From: Bacteroidia bacterium | GTDB lineage: Bacteria > Bacteroidota > Bacteroidia > NS11-12g > UBA9320 | Assembly: GCA_044339595.1 (NCBI GenBank) | Contig: JBIIVF010000001.1 | Span: 3,541 to 67,540, forward strand | Reading direction: 5' to 3' | Length of the DNA stretch: 64,000 nt | In this document: piece by piece, positions 1 to 9,925 of the stretch | Layout: each line of letters starts with the position of its first letter | How positions within the stretch are numbered: position 1 is the stretch's first letter | Notes under the pieces: model-generated | Told to the model about the DNA's origin: nothing | The model's database searches: none | Seen by the model: the letters and a program-made list of their open reading frames with translations, nothing else | Made by a program: the position numbers and the translations under genes

Positions 1-3000
1 TTTACGTAGTAGGTGAAGTTGCCACCAAAGATGGTGGGTCTGTTCAATTATACAGTATCTCATCCCCCGATTTTCCAAATGACACGGTGCGTTTTGATAC
101 GTTTCAGTTTGTTCAAAACAGACATCAAATAAGATATTGCCTGGTTAAGTCGGACAGTTCCGGAAACATTACGCTTGTCAAAAGTATCTCTCAATTGTTT
201 CTCAAAATGTATAACAGTTCCTCCGGGTATGCAAACCTGATGCATATGGTTACAGATAACGAAGAGAACTTATATACCATTGGATATCTGGGAGATACAT
301 TGAATATAGTAGGCAAAGACACATTAAATTTGCAAAATGGCCGATTGGTTGTAGCCAAATTTGATAAACATCTCGAACCGGTTTACACATCGCAGTTCAG
401 CAATGACTCGTTGTATCATATTTTCCCAAATTATGGTTTCGCATATGGTTACTGGGGGGGAGGGTTCCGAGATACCCGATTGTTTTTTACAGGCCAAAAT
501 CTATACGCCTTTTTCTCTACTAAAGGGAGTTTACGCCTCGCAGGAAAAAATTTCAACTTCGGCCAAAACCTCACCCAGATTTACTGTGAAATAAATCCTA
601 CCGACGGCACAATCAAGTGGTCTGATTATTTCTATTCCGGCAACTTTTATCCGGAATATAATTTCAACATTTCCGGAATGACCCGACTGAATAATCGCTT
701 ATACTTCAGCGGTAGTTTTGGATTTTCAGACAATAAGGATTCCATTATACTCATCAAAGGAGATACCTTTCACAAACCAGGTGGATTTGTAATTGCGACC
801 GATACCATGGGTACATATTTATCACGCGTTGGCTTTCATAATGGATATACATTGCACAACAGAGATATAGCGCATGATCAAAAGAACTTATATATCTGTG
901 GCGCATTCAGAGATAGTTTACCATGGGGAGATACCATGATTCCTCCCGAATTCCCCAGTGGAAAGTATCCAAAAGGAAGAAACACCGTAAATATGGAACT
1001 CTTTGCGGCTTCCTTGACTCCGGACTTACAACATCGTTGGTTTTTCAGGCCTCATGTGCTCGATGTGGATACCTTTTGGACTGCCAATAGCGGACAATTG
1101 GCGAGAATATTCTCTGCAAACGGATTCCTTTATTTTGGTGGAGGTATTTCCATGAGAACTGAAATTAATCAAAAAATATACGGAAGCAACCGATTTTATT
1201 GGTCCAATGTATTCCTGTTTAAAATGGATAACATAGGCAATATCCTATGGGCATCTGACGGAAAAGCGGATAACCATGCCTTTATAACTGAAATGGCCGT
1301 TATTCCTGACAGGTCTATCTTTGCCTCCGGTTCATTTAAAGGCAAAATCATCTTTGGAAAATACCATGACAGTGCGCGAAAATATATCAGTTCATTTCAT
1401 ACCAAAATTACAGATTATTCCATTACCCGAGGTGCTGTTTCTTCAGGACCATACTGTGCCGGAGATTCTATTCTAGTGCCGTTTTCCATTATCGGAACAT
1501 TCGATTCAGCCAATCAGTTTATTGCAGAACTCAGCGATGAATTCGGAAATTTTCATGGCACGCAAAAAGAACTCGGACGAAAAAGCAGTATTACCCATGA
1601 CACCATCGTCGGTATTTTGCCTTTATTTCAGGTAAAATCATCGCCGCATTACCGCATCAGGGTGCGCAGCACCGAACCTGCAGTGCAGAGTTATTACATT
1701 CTCGATACCTTGCGGCTATTGATCTACTCCAAAGACAAAGCAGATCCGGGTCCGCCTGACACCATTTGTTACCGTGACACGCTGCAACTCAATACCTTTG
1801 GCGGAACCAAATGGACCTGGAGTCCTGCATATCTGATGGATGACTCCACCCTTCGCTCTCCTCGCATCTGGCCCGAAAAAGATACGGCATATCAGCTCAT
1901 CATTGCCGATTCTTCCGGCTGTGGTGCGCCCGATACTGCCTTTAAGTCTGTTGTGGTGCGCCAAAGACCCCGCTTGTATGGCGATACTGTCGTGTATAAA
2001 TGTCCGGAGACCTATTTGCGCGTTAAACTTTATGTCACCCATTCCGATTCAGGGCATACCATCCGCTGGTACCGAAACAACAAACTCTATTTCACCGGCG
2101 ACAGCCTCTTTTATGTGGAAGATGCCTCGGTAACGCTAACCGCCATTCTGAAAGACCATTGTTCGCCTGTAACCGATACGTTAGTGGTTCGGGTGCGGTA
2201 CAATGCCCCTTCCAGATTGACCGAAATCAACGATACTGCCGTTTGTTACGGAACTTCCCTTCCATTATTTGCCTCTGCCAACAGCGGATTTGGTCATGTC
2301 TTTAGCTGGTTTGATGCCGGAAGATCCTTTATAGCAACAGGCAGTCCGGTGATGCGCATCACGGCATCTGATTCTTTTATGGTCGTGCTTTCAGACGCTT
2401 GTAACCTCAAAGCCGATTCAGCCTGGAGGCACGTGTTCATAAATGGACGCATCCATCCTGACTTTTCAGATATTTTGCCTGCTGATTCACTTTTTTGTGC
2501 TGATTTTAATTTAACCCTATCACCCAAAAGGGCACATGTTTCAGATTCTATTCGGTGGACAGAAATGCCTTCCGGAATAACCCTGGGTTCGGAAAGCAGC
2601 TTGTTACGCAATACACCGGGGAAGGTGAAAGTACAGGTAGAAAACCTCTGCGGAAGTACCATTGACAGCATCGTTATAGATAGAAAAAATACGCCCGATG
2701 CAGACATAGACTCATTGTTTGTGCCTTGTCAGGGAAATGCACTTACCTTGCATGCCGGCACTTTCCCGGAAGATGTGCGAATTCGCTGGTCAACTGCTGA
2801 TACTTCAACCTTGTTAACCCTGAACACAGATGGAAGCTATTGGATTTCGGCTTCCAACGCATGTGGTTCAGATACCGCTTTTTTCAAAGTACAGTTCATT
2901 CCCAAACCCAAAGCCAATTTCAATAATTCCGATGTGTGTGAGGGCGCCGTTTTCGAGCTGGTTCAAACCGGCAGTGGCGGGCAATCCTTTCTCTGGCGTT

Positions 3001-3635
3001 TGGGAGATGGAACGGTTTCAAATGATAGCAATGCAATCCACACCTATCCCCGCACCGGACAGGCACGTACCTATTTGGTTTCATTCAAAGCTTCCGCTTC
3101 CAAAGACTGCGCAGACAGTATTACGCTACCTATAAATGTGTTGGTCTCCCCTTCTGCCAATTTTACTTACAGTTCCAATGGCCGAACCGTTTATTTTGCG
3201 CCGGATGTAACACCATCGGGTGCATCCTACCGCTGGACTTTAGGTGATGGAGACAGCAGCAATCTGTCTGCACCATCGCACACCTATAAAGCAGATAGTG
3301 GCACTTATACCGTTTGCCTTTCGGTTACGAATGCCGAAAACTGCACTCAAATGGTGTGTAAGTCGGTGTATTTTAATGTGGGGATAGATGAATTGGAGAA
3401 GGGAATCAGGGTCTATCCAAATCCTGCTGAAAAGACTTTATACATCGAAAGTATTTCTTCATACCCCATATTACAAGTTACCCTTCAGGATTTGCAAGGC
3501 AGAATGCTTTATCAGTCCGATTGCCGAAAGAGCAACTGTGAAATCAATGTTTCGGGATGGAGCAAGGGAATGTATATGTTGTCGGTGCAAACGGAAAGGG
3601 GGATTTGGAAAGGGAAAGTGGAAGTTGGGAGGTGA
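1..3635 (+). CDS. Large secreted PKD-domain protein with a T9SS type-A C-terminal sorting domain. It is 5'-partial, because the reading frame stays open to the window edge.
   Basis: The ORF 87..3635 has a GTG as its first in-frame start, but the frame has no stop back to position 1, so the gene probably begins upstream. Two PKD-like repeats are visible (WRLGDGTVSNDSNAIHTY..., WTLGDGDSSNLSAPSHTYKADSGTYTV). The C-terminal ~80 aa (VYPNPAEKTLYIES...GMYMLSVQTERGIWKGKVEV) match the Por_Secre_tail pattern. Confidence 0.8.
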   Translation, partial: YVVGEVATKDGGSVQLYSISSPDFPNDTVRFDTFQFVQNRHQIRYCLVKSDSSGNITLVKSISQLFLKMYNSSSGYANLMHMVTDNEENLYTIGYLGDTLNIVGKDTLNLQNGRLVVAKFDKHLEPVYTSQFSNDSLYHIFPNYGFAYGYWGGGFRDTRLFFTGQNLYAFFSTKGSLRLAGKNFNFGQNLTQIYCEINPTDGTIKWSDYFYSGNFYPEYNFNISGMTRLNNRLYFSGSFGFSDNKDSIILIKGDTFHKPGGFVIATDTMGTYLSRVGFHNGYTLHNRDIAHDQKNLYICGAFRDSLPWGDTMIPPEFPSGKYPKGRNTVNMELFAASLTPDLQHRWFFRPHVLDVDTFWTANSGQLARIFSANGFLYFGGGISMRTEINQKIYGSNRFYWSNVFLFKMDNIGNILWASDGKADNHAFITEMAVIPDRSIFASGSFKGKIIFGKYHDSARKYISSFHTKITDYSITRGAVSSGPYCAGDSILVPFSIIGTFDSANQFIAELSDEFGNFHGTQKELGRKSSITHDTIVGILPLFQVKSSPHYRIRVRSTEPAVQSYYILDTLRLLIYSKDKADPGPPDTICYRDTLQLNTFGGTKWTWSPAYLMDDSTLRSPRIWPEKDTAYQLIIADSSGCGAPDTAFKSVVVRQRPRLYGDTVVYKCPETYLRVKLYVTHSDSGHTIRWYRNNKLYFTGDSLFYVEDASVTLTAILKDHCSPVTDTLVVRVRYNAPSRLTEINDTAVCYGTSLPLFASANSGFGHVFSWFDAGRSFIATGSPVMRITASDSFMVVLSDACNLKADSAWRHVFINGRIHPDFSDILPADSLFCADFNLTLSPKRAHVSDSIRWTEMPSGITLGSESSLLRNTPGKVKVQVENLCGSTIDSIVIDRKNTPDADIDSLFVPCQGNALTLHAGTFPEDVRIRWSTADTSTLLTLNTDGSYWISASNACGSDTAFFKVQFIPKPKANFNNSDVCEGAVFELVQTGSGGQSFLWRLGDGTVSNDSNAIHTYPRTGQARTYLVSFKASASKDCADSITLPINVLVSPSANFTYSSNGRTVYFAPDVTPSGASYRWTLGDGDSSNLSAPSHTYKADSGTYTVCLSVTNAENCTQMVCKSVYFNVGIDELEKGIRVYPNPAEKTLYIESISSYPILQVTLQDLQGRMLYQSDCRKSNCEINVSGWSKGMYMLSVQTERGIWKGKVEVGR

Positions 3636-3649
3636 TGGGTGAACCACCC

Positions 3650-3679
3650 AACCCTTCAAGGGTGTACCCTTGAAGGGTT
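3650..3679. terminator. Perfect 13-bp stem with a 4-nt loop (AACCCTTCAAGGG-TGTA-CCCTTGAAGGGTT) sitting between two convergent genes. Neither strand has a U-tract after it.
   Basis: The inverted repeat is read directly from the sequence. It lies 15 nt after the stop of the 1182-aa gene and about 100 nt after the iscA stop on the other strand. Confidence 0.4.
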
Positions 3680-3775
3680 GATTCAGCGTAAGCACTGCAG
3701 TCGTCAATAGTTCGTTGCAGACTGCGTTCAAAAAAGATAATCAAAGAAACTGGAGCAATGCGAATGAATGTTGAT

Positions 3776-4123
3776 TTACACCGCAAAACTCTCCCCACAA
3801 CCACAGGTACGGGTAGCATTGGGGTTAATAAAATTGAACCCCTTTCCGTTTAATCCATCCGAAAAATCGAGTTCTGTGCCACATAAATATAAAAAACTCT
3901 TCATGTCGCATACAATCTTAATGTCTTCATTTGGAAATACCTGATCTCCGGGTTTGATTTCATCATCAAAATCGAGTTTATAACTCAACCCTGAACAACC
4001 GCCTCCAACAACGGACACTCGGAGAAAATAATCGGGGCCCATTTTTCCATCTTCCTTCAGTTTGTGAATTTGCTGCACCGCCGAAGCACTCACGGTGATC
4101 ATATCCTGATGTATGGTTTCCAT
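3776..4123 (-). CDS. iscA: Fe-S cluster insertion protein of the HesB/IscA/ErpA family
   Basis: The protein is 115 aa and ends in the classic ...CGCGESF motif. It lies immediately downstream of iscU and iscS. Confidence 0.85.
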   Translation of the reverse strand: METIHQDMITVSASAVQQIHKLKEDGKMGPDYFLRVSVVGGGCSGLSYKLDFDDEIKPGDQVFPNEDIKIVCDMKSFLYLCGTELDFSDGLNGKGFNFINPNATRTCGCGESFAV

Positions 4124-4136
4124 AAGCTCTTGTTGA

Positions 4137-4550
4137 TTAATGATGTTTCTTTTCTTCTATCGGTTCAAGACCCTTTTTCACTCTGTAATCGTTGATGGCA
4201 GAACGAATGGCATCCTCAGCCAATACAGAACAATGTATTTTAACCGGCGGTAAGGCCAATTCCTCTACGATATCCATATTGTCAATTTCCAATGCATTAT
4301 CTACTGTCTTACCTTTCAGCCATTCTGTAGCAAGGGATGACGAAGCAATGGCCGAACCACATCCAAAGGTTTTAAAACGAGCATCTTCGATAATGCCGGT
4401 TACATCGTTTACTTTGATTTGCAAACGCATTACATCTCCACATTCGGGCGCTCCTACCAATCCGGTTCCTACATTCGGATCGGATTTATCTAAGGTTCCG
4501 ATGTTGCGCGGATTGTTATAATGATCGATTACTTTATCTGAATATGCCAT
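4137..4550 (-). CDS. iscU: Fe-S cluster scaffold protein IscU
   Basis: The product begins MAYSDKVIDHYNNPRNIG and contains the conserved cysteines (GAPECGD, GCGSAIASS, HCSV). The start was moved to the internal ATG at 4548-4550, and the upstream extension in the ORF track was discarded. Confidence 0.9.
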   Translation of the reverse strand: MAYSDKVIDHYNNPRNIGTLDKSDPNVGTGLVGAPECGDVMRLQIKVNDVTGIIEDARFKTFGCGSAIASSSLATEWLKGKTVDNALEIDNMDIVEELALPPVKIHCSVLAEDAIRSAINDYRVKKGLEPIEEKKHH

Positions 4551-4579
4551 AATTTGAATTTTTTGTATTTTTAGATTAA

Positions 4580-5791
4580 TTAATGTGCTGCCCAAGCAAT
4601 GCTTTTCAAGTCAATGCCTTCTTTGAACATTTCCCAAAGCGGACTCATGTCTCTCAATTTATTCACGGCTTCTTTTACGTGATTAATGGCGAAATCAATT
4701 TCTTCGTCGGTGGTAAAGCGACCTAATCCAAAACGGATGGATGAATGCGCCAGATCGTCATCGAGTCCCAAACTTTTAAGCACGTAACTCGGTTCAAGTG
4801 AGGCTGAAGTACAGGCTGAACCTGAAGAAACCGCCAAATCTTTTATGCCCATCATGAGGCCTTCCCCTTCTACATATTTAAATGAAATATTGGTTACATG
4901 AGGCAAACGGTGTTCTGTGTTGCCATTTACATAACTTTCTTCCAAATCTCTGAGTGAATTTTCAAGACGATCTCTCATCGCTGATAATCGGGCGCCTTCT
5001 GATTTCATTTCCAAACGACATATTTCGCAGGCCTTTCCCAAGCCTACAATACCCGGAACATTTAATGTGCCCGAACGCATGCCTCTTTCGTGTCCTCCAC
5101 CATCCATCTGTGCGGTAACCTTCACCCTTGGATTTTTTCTTCTGACATACAAAGCCCCTACCCCTTTCGGACCATACATTTTATGAGCTGTAAAGGACAT
5201 GAGATCGATAAAGTCTGCATCTACATTCACAGGTATTTTACCAACCGCTTGCGTAGCATCCGTGTGAAACAAAATACCTTTGCTTCGAGCCAATTCTCCA
5301 ATGGCACGTATAGGTTGTATAACGCCGATTTCGTTGTTGCCATACATCACAGAAATGAGTACAGTTTTGTCGGTGATCGCTTCACGTACCTGATCGACGG
5401 TAATTAAACCATCCGCTGCAGGAGTGATGATTGTGACGCTTGCACCCATTTTTTCGATGTGACGACAAGTATCTAAAATCGCTTTGTGCTCAGTTGAAAC
5501 AGTGATGAAATGATTTCCCTTTTGGGCATACATTTCAAACACCCCTTTGATTGCAAGGTTGTTGCTTTCGGTTGCACCCGAAGTAAATATAATTTCCTTG
5601 TCTGTGCTTCCAATCAAAGCTGCGATTTGTTCGCGGGCATAATCAACGGCCTCTTCTGCCTCCCATCCAAAGGCGTGGTTTCGACTGGCCGCATTCCCAA
5701 ATTTTTCTGTAAAATATGGAAGCATCGCCTCAAGTACACGCGGATCCATTGGTGTAGTGGCATTGTTATCGAGATAAATCGGAAATTTCAT
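4580..5791 (-). CDS. iscS: Cysteine desulfurase IscS/NifS
   Basis: The product has the class V aminotransferase fold, with [23 protein letters not shown] near the start and the [20 protein letters not shown]-lysine motif. The active-site Cys is in SSGSACTS. The start was chosen at the ATG at 5789-5791. Confidence 0.9.
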   Translation of the reverse strand: MKFPIYLDNNATTPMDPRVLEAMLPYFTEKFGNAASRNHAFGWEAEEAVDYAREQIAALIGSTDKEIIFTSGATESNNLAIKGVFEMYAQKGNHFITVSTEHKAILDTCRHIEKMGASVTIITPAADGLITVDQVREAITDKTVLISVMYGNNEIGVIQPIRAIGELARSKGILFHTDATQAVGKIPVNVDADFIDLMSFTAHKMYGPKGVGALYVRRKNPRVKVTAQMDGGGHERGMRSGTLNVPGIVGLGKACEICRLEMKSEGARLSAMRDRLENSLRDLEESYVNGNTEHRLPHVTNISFKYVEGEGLMMGIKDLAVSSGSACTSASLEPSYVLKSLGLDDDLAHSSIRFGLGRFTTDEEIDFAINHVKEAVNKLRDMSPLWEMFKEGIDLKSIAWAAH

Positions 5792-5923
5792 ATCCTTGTG
5801 TTTATTTAGATTAAATCTACTTTGCAAATATAACCGTTCATTCGAAAAAATGTTTCGTGTATCTGCTCAAAAAAGCAATCTCAAGAATAAATTTGGCTAC
5901 TTTTGACTCAATCAGTCTTTTAC

Positions 5924-6334
5924 ATGAAAAAAATAGAACACCTAGGGATTGCGGTAAGAGATCTTGAATCCGCTTCGCTTTTATATTCAAAATTGCTCAA
6001 CACCTTACCATACAAGGAGGAAATAGTTGATTCTGAAAAAGTTATCACGCTTTTTTATCAGACCGGTGATGCCAAAATTGAACTGCTTCAGGGGATATCT
6101 CCTGAAAGTCCGATCAGTCGGTTTATCGAAAAGAAAGGAGAAGGCATTCATCACATCGCTTTTGAAGTAGATGACATTCATGAAGAAATGGAACGTCTTA
6201 AAATGGAAGGTTTTACCTTTCTCAATGATACTCCTAAAAAAGGAGCAGACAATAAACTCATCGCCTTCTTACATCCAAAAAGTGCCGGAGGCGTGCTGAT
6301 TGAAATTTGTCAGGAAATAAGAACCCATGTCTAA
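5924..6334 (+). CDS. Methylmalonyl-CoA epimerase, a member of the VOC/glyoxalase superfamily
   Basis: The sequence KKIEHLGIAVRDLESA...GEGIHHIAFEVDDI...GGVLIEICQE is typical of methylmalonyl-CoA epimerase. Other genes of the methylmalonyl pathway occur elsewhere in the window. The first ATG is at 5924, and the ORF track's alternative start is a TTG at 5903. Confidence 0.7.
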   Translation: MKKIEHLGIAVRDLESASLLYSKLLNTLPYKEEIVDSEKVITLFYQTGDAKIELLQGISPESPISRFIEKKGEGIHHIAFEVDDIHEEMERLKMEGFTFLNDTPKKGADNKLIAFLHPKSAGGVLIEICQEIRTHV

Positions 6335-7412
6335 AAACCTGAGGGTTATATTAATTATCGGTGGACTTTTAATGCTCGGATTTACCATCTGGTATTTGAG
6401 TAATATTGTTATTTATATTCTGGTTTCTTTTGTCCTTTCGCTCATCGGCCGCCCGATTATGAACAAATTGAGTCTGATACGAATAAAAGGAAAAATACTT
6501 CCTGATTGGGTTCGTGCAGGCCTTGTTATTCTTCTATTTACCTCCATTTTTTTAGGTATAGTAGGAATACTCGTACCGGTAGTGAACAAGGAAGTACAGC
6601 TGATTTCCTCGATCGACGTACATGAAGTTTTGAGCCGAAATCAAGAGTTTTTCTTAAAAATTGAAGAATACGGTGAGAAACTGAAAATCCGAGATGCCAA
6701 TATTGATTACCTAAAAACCAAATTATCTTCTTATCTCGACTTATCTTTTTTTGGCAATCTGTTCACAGGCATACTTGCTCAATTTGGAAACTTATTGGTT
6801 GCTGTAGGTAGTATTATGTTCATTACCTATTTTTTACTCAAAGATGGAAACATCGTAAACAATATCGTAAACAGCTTGACACCTGACCCATATCTCCCCG
6901 GTATCAATAATATCATGATAGAAACCCGTGAATTGCTATCTCGGTATTTTACCGGTTTATTGATACAAATCACCTTATTCTCCTTAATGATTTGGGGCGG
7001 CCTGTCTATGCTGCATATTCAAAATGCTATTTTACTGGGTTTGCTTGCCGGTTTGTTAAATGTCATTCCCTATGTAGGTCCATTGATTGGCGGTGCCATT
7101 GGTATTGTATTAGGCACTACTGCTAATTTGCATCTTGATTTTCAACTCGAATTGCTTCCCTTGATTTTAAAAATTGCAGCCGTTTTTAGTGTCGCTCAAA
7201 TATTGGACAATTTCATTTTCTCGCCCTTGATCTATTCGACCAGTGTTAAAGCACATCCCCTTGAAATTTTCATGGTAGTGCTCATAGCCGGAACCGTGAG
7301 TGGAATTATGGGAATGATTGTGGCGGTGCCATTTTATACGTTTTTGAGAATTGTAGCCAAAGAATTTTTCCAAGGTTATAAGGTCGTCCAAGGTTTGACT
7401 AAAGACCTTTAG
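6327..7412 (+). CDS. AI-2E family transporter (PerM/UPF0118 membrane permease)
   Basis: The product is a 361-aa polytopic membrane protein with the hydrophobicity pattern and overall architecture of this family. It overlaps the preceding gene by 8 nt. Confidence 0.65.
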   Translation: MSKNLRVILIIGGLLMLGFTIWYLSNIVIYILVSFVLSLIGRPIMNKLSLIRIKGKILPDWVRAGLVILLFTSIFLGIVGILVPVVNKEVQLISSIDVHEVLSRNQEFFLKIEEYGEKLKIRDANIDYLKTKLSSYLDLSFFGNLFTGILAQFGNLLVAVGSIMFITYFLLKDGNIVNNIVNSLTPDPYLPGINNIMIETRELLSRYFTGLLIQITLFSLMIWGGLSMLHIQNAILLGLLAGLLNVIPYVGPLIGGAIGIVLGTTANLHLDFQLELLPLILKIAAVFSVAQILDNFIFSPLIYSTSVKAHPLEIFMVVLIAGTVSGIMGMIVAVPFYTFLRIVAKEFFQGYKVVQGLTKDL

Positions 7413-7561
7413 CCATCCTCAGATATTCGAGCACGCTCCAGCATACATTATGCTGTAAATTAATACTTTACGCTACAGAAACCACCTCCTCTGTTATGGT
7501 TTAATGAAGCCCGGGCCAAGTATTTTCCCCCGGTGGTGACATCTAATGACGTCGTGTCTCA

Positions 7562-8122
7562 TCAACCATTATAAACATTCATGGCCCTTGGAAGACCCTC
7601 TGTACAAAAGGTCTGTATAGCATTTGCGGCTTTGACAATAGATGCGTCTACAGTTGGCTGTTCTAGTTCACTCCACTTCCCCAACACAAAATCCACCTGA
7701 CGACCCTTCTCAAATTGATTTCCAACGCCAAAACGCAACCGTGGAAATGCATCTGATCCAAGCACCTCAGTGATGTGGCGCAAACCATTGTGGCCGCCAT
7801 GACTCCCTTTTGCCCGCAGCCTCAGCACCCCCAAATCTAAATTGAGGTCATCTGTAGCTACCAGCAAATGTTCAGGGGCAATCTTCTCTTGTTGCATCCA
7901 ATATCTGACGGCATTACCACTCAAATTCATATAGGTAGAGGGTTTGATACAAATGACTTGCCTGCCGCGAAGTTTAAATGACGCTACCCATCCGTAACGT
8001 CCGTCTGAAAAGGTCGCTCCTGCTTCCTTCGCCAAATAATCGAGCACATCAAATCCGATGTTGTGTCGGGTATGGACATATTCTGAACCCGGATTTCCCA
8101 AACCTGCAATCAAAAATTTCAT
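7562..8122 (-). CDS. pth: Peptidyl-tRNA hydrolase
   Basis: The N-terminus is MKFLIAGLGNPGSEYVHTRHNIGF and the product is 186 aa long. Confidence 0.9.
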   Translation of the reverse strand: MKFLIAGLGNPGSEYVHTRHNIGFDVLDYLAKEAGATFSDGRYGWVASFKLRGRQVICIKPSTYMNLSGNAVRYWMQQEKIAPEHLLVATDDLNLDLGVLRLRAKGSHGGHNGLRHITEVLGSDAFPRLRFGVGNQFEKGRQVDFVLGKWSELEQPTVDASIVKAANAIQTFCTEGLPRAMNVYNG

Positions 8123-8129
8123 ATCGTTT

Positions 8130-9353
8130 TCAACTTAACTTGACATCATCTGTTTTCACCGAATTATAAGCCGGCCAAAATGAACTCAGCAAACCCAACA
8201 CCACGATCGTCATCCATACCAATAGCACATCTTGCCAGATTACTTTAACAGGATAATAAGCCACAACACTATTCTCAAGTGGTATGAAACCGATTTCTTG
8301 CTGCAATAAACAGACTCCCACGCCAATGATTAGGCCCACAGCCCCGCCAATTAAAGCCAGCAACAAACCTTCGTAGAGAAAAACAGACCGTATCTGCCTG
8401 TAGGTGAAACCCATAGCTTTCAAAACCAATATGTCTTTCTTTTTTTCGATGACCAACATGGTCAATGCCCCGATCATGTTGAAGGATGCTACAATGAGGA
8501 TGAACAGCAATATCAGATACGTCGCCAATTTCTCGGATTTGAAAATTTTAAATACCGCTTCGTTTTGCTCTCTTCGGTCTTTGACAATGAATTTGTCTCC
8601 TAACACGTCACCAATTTCCTGTTTGAGCGATTCCTGATCTGACTTCGGGTCAGTGAATATCTCTATGGCTGAAACTTCATTGGTATACTGCAACAAATTG
8701 CGCATCAACTCCATAGGAACAACTACGTAATCTTTTTCGACGTCTTCTTGTAATACGAAAATGCCTGCGGGCAGCACATTATCCATATTCAATGATTCGG
8801 TTGGATTGAGCGGATTATATCGGGCATTTCGGTCGGGTATGAAGATCCCAACTTTGCTAAATCCGTGCACATTCACGTTTAATCTGGAGGCCACTCCACT
8901 TCCAAATAACGCCATGGGTGAGGTGCCCCTCTTAAGGTCAGCATTGCCTGCAATCACCAATGTGTCTAGACCGAGTAGTTCAGGATAGTCTAGTTCTACT
9001 CCTTTCAATTTTACAATTTCCTGTGCATCTTGATAGGTAATCACACCATTTTCTTCCAAAGATGAACGAGCGGCCAAAACCCCCTTCATTTCTTCGATGC
9101 GTTTTATTTTATTGACATCCGGCTTAAATACCTTCCCTTTTACTGGCGTCACTTTTAAGGGTGGATCAAAGGAACCAATCATCCCTGAAACGATACTTTC
9201 AAAACCATTAAGCGCTGATAATATGATGATTAATGCAGCCGATCCGACCAAAAAAGCCACCACTGAAATACCGGAAATGATGTGAATAGCATTGGCAGAT
9301 TTTGCCGAAAACAAATATCTTCTTGCTAACCGTAAACCAATGTTCATGTTCAA
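8130..9353 (-). CDS. FtsX-like ABC transporter permease (LolC/LolE-like, DUF214)
   Basis: The product is 407 aa. It has an N-terminal TM segment, a large periplasmic loop and a C-terminal FtsX-type 3-TM bundle. It overlaps rbfA by 4 nt, which suggests translational coupling. Confidence 0.7.
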   Translation of the reverse strand: MNMNIGLRLARRYLFSAKSANAIHIISGISVVAFLVGSAALIIILSALNGFESIVSGMIGSFDPPLKVTPVKGKVFKPDVNKIKRIEEMKGVLAARSSLEENGVITYQDAQEIVKLKGVELDYPELLGLDTLVIAGNADLKRGTSPMALFGSGVASRLNVNVHGFSKVGIFIPDRNARYNPLNPTESLNMDNVLPAGIFVLQEDVEKDYVVVPMELMRNLLQYTNEVSAIEIFTDPKSDQESLKQEIGDVLGDKFIVKDRREQNEAVFKIFKSEKLATYLILLFILIVASFNMIGALTMLVIEKKKDILVLKAMGFTYRQIRSVFLYEGLLLALIGGAVGLIIGVGVCLLQQEIGFIPLENSVVAYYPVKVIWQDVLLVWMTIVVLGLLSSFWPAYNSVKTDDVKLS

Positions 9354-9718
9354 GAAGAAGGGTCAGAATCTTTTGGCTTATTCAGTTGATCTATCAAAGC
9401 ATCCATCCGCAAGGCATGGTCGAGCGTATTATCAAGATAGAATTTAATTTCCGGAATGCGCCTTACCTGGTTTTTCAAGCTGGCAGCCAAGGAATGTCTC
9501 AATTCTTTATTGTGCAATTCGAGCGACTCAATCATCTGGTCTTTGGGCTTATTTCCCATAATGCTGAGATATATTTTTGCGAGCCCCAAATCAGGCGTTA
9601 CAATCGCTTCTGTCACCGTAATTAAGGTGCCCGAAAAATGCTGAGAAACAAACCTATCGATAATGGTCCCCATATCTTTCTGAATTTGTCTGGATAGTTT
9701 TTCGGTTCTGCCGGCCAT
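9350..9718 (-). CDS. rbfA: Ribosome-binding factor A
   Basis: The protein is 122 aa and begins MAGRTEKLSRQIQKDMGTII...IVTPDLGLAKIYLSI, which matches the RbfA family pattern. Confidence 0.85.
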   Translation of the reverse strand: MAGRTEKLSRQIQKDMGTIIDRFVSQHFSGTLITVTEAIVTPDLGLAKIYLSIMGNKPKDQMIESLELHNKELRHSLAASLKNQVRRIPEIKFYLDNTLDHALRMDALIDQLNKPKDSDPSS

Positions 9719-9894
9719 AATCGATTTTAAGAACTGCGAAATTACACAAAATTCATGGTTGAAGGATGGGTAAATTCCTTACAAATCAGGCTAAAGTACC
9801 TAAAAACAATCTCGTAAAATGTATTTTTTTCAACAGGAATGAAGAATATGACAGAAAACATGGCCATTTTTTACACATGAAGCAACGAATTGGT

Positions 9895-9902
9895 TACATT
9901 TG
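9895..9902 (+). promoter_or_regulatory. Candidate Bacteroidetes sigma-A -7 element (TAnnTTTG, here TACATTTG), lying 24 nt upstream of the ATG of the 1530-aa gene
   Basis: The motif is read from the sequence. The Bacteroidetes -7 consensus is established knowledge. No clear -33 TTG element was identified. Confidence 0.3.
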
Positions 9903-9925
9903 TTATCCTATTATAAAGTCTCATT

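Noticed and set aside
2294-2707. ORFs running antisense or out of frame inside the large T9SS/CHU_C genes. Examples are 1716-2042, 2294-2707, 10087-10524, 10780-11148, 12787-13095, 13291-13797, 21119-21319 and 21388-21597.
   Set aside because: They are fully embedded in long ORFs that have strong domain signatures. They have no recognisable motifs of their own. Spurious ORFs are expected at these lengths on the opposite strand of long genes.
4137-4595. The N-terminally extended versions of iscU, iscS, rpsB, rplM, lpxK, gltX, the enoyl-CoA hydratase and the TPR protein, as listed in the ORF track
   Set aside because: The extensions overlap neighbouring genes or add non-conserved residues in front of canonical N-termini. 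Internal ATG or GTG starts give family-typical N-termini.
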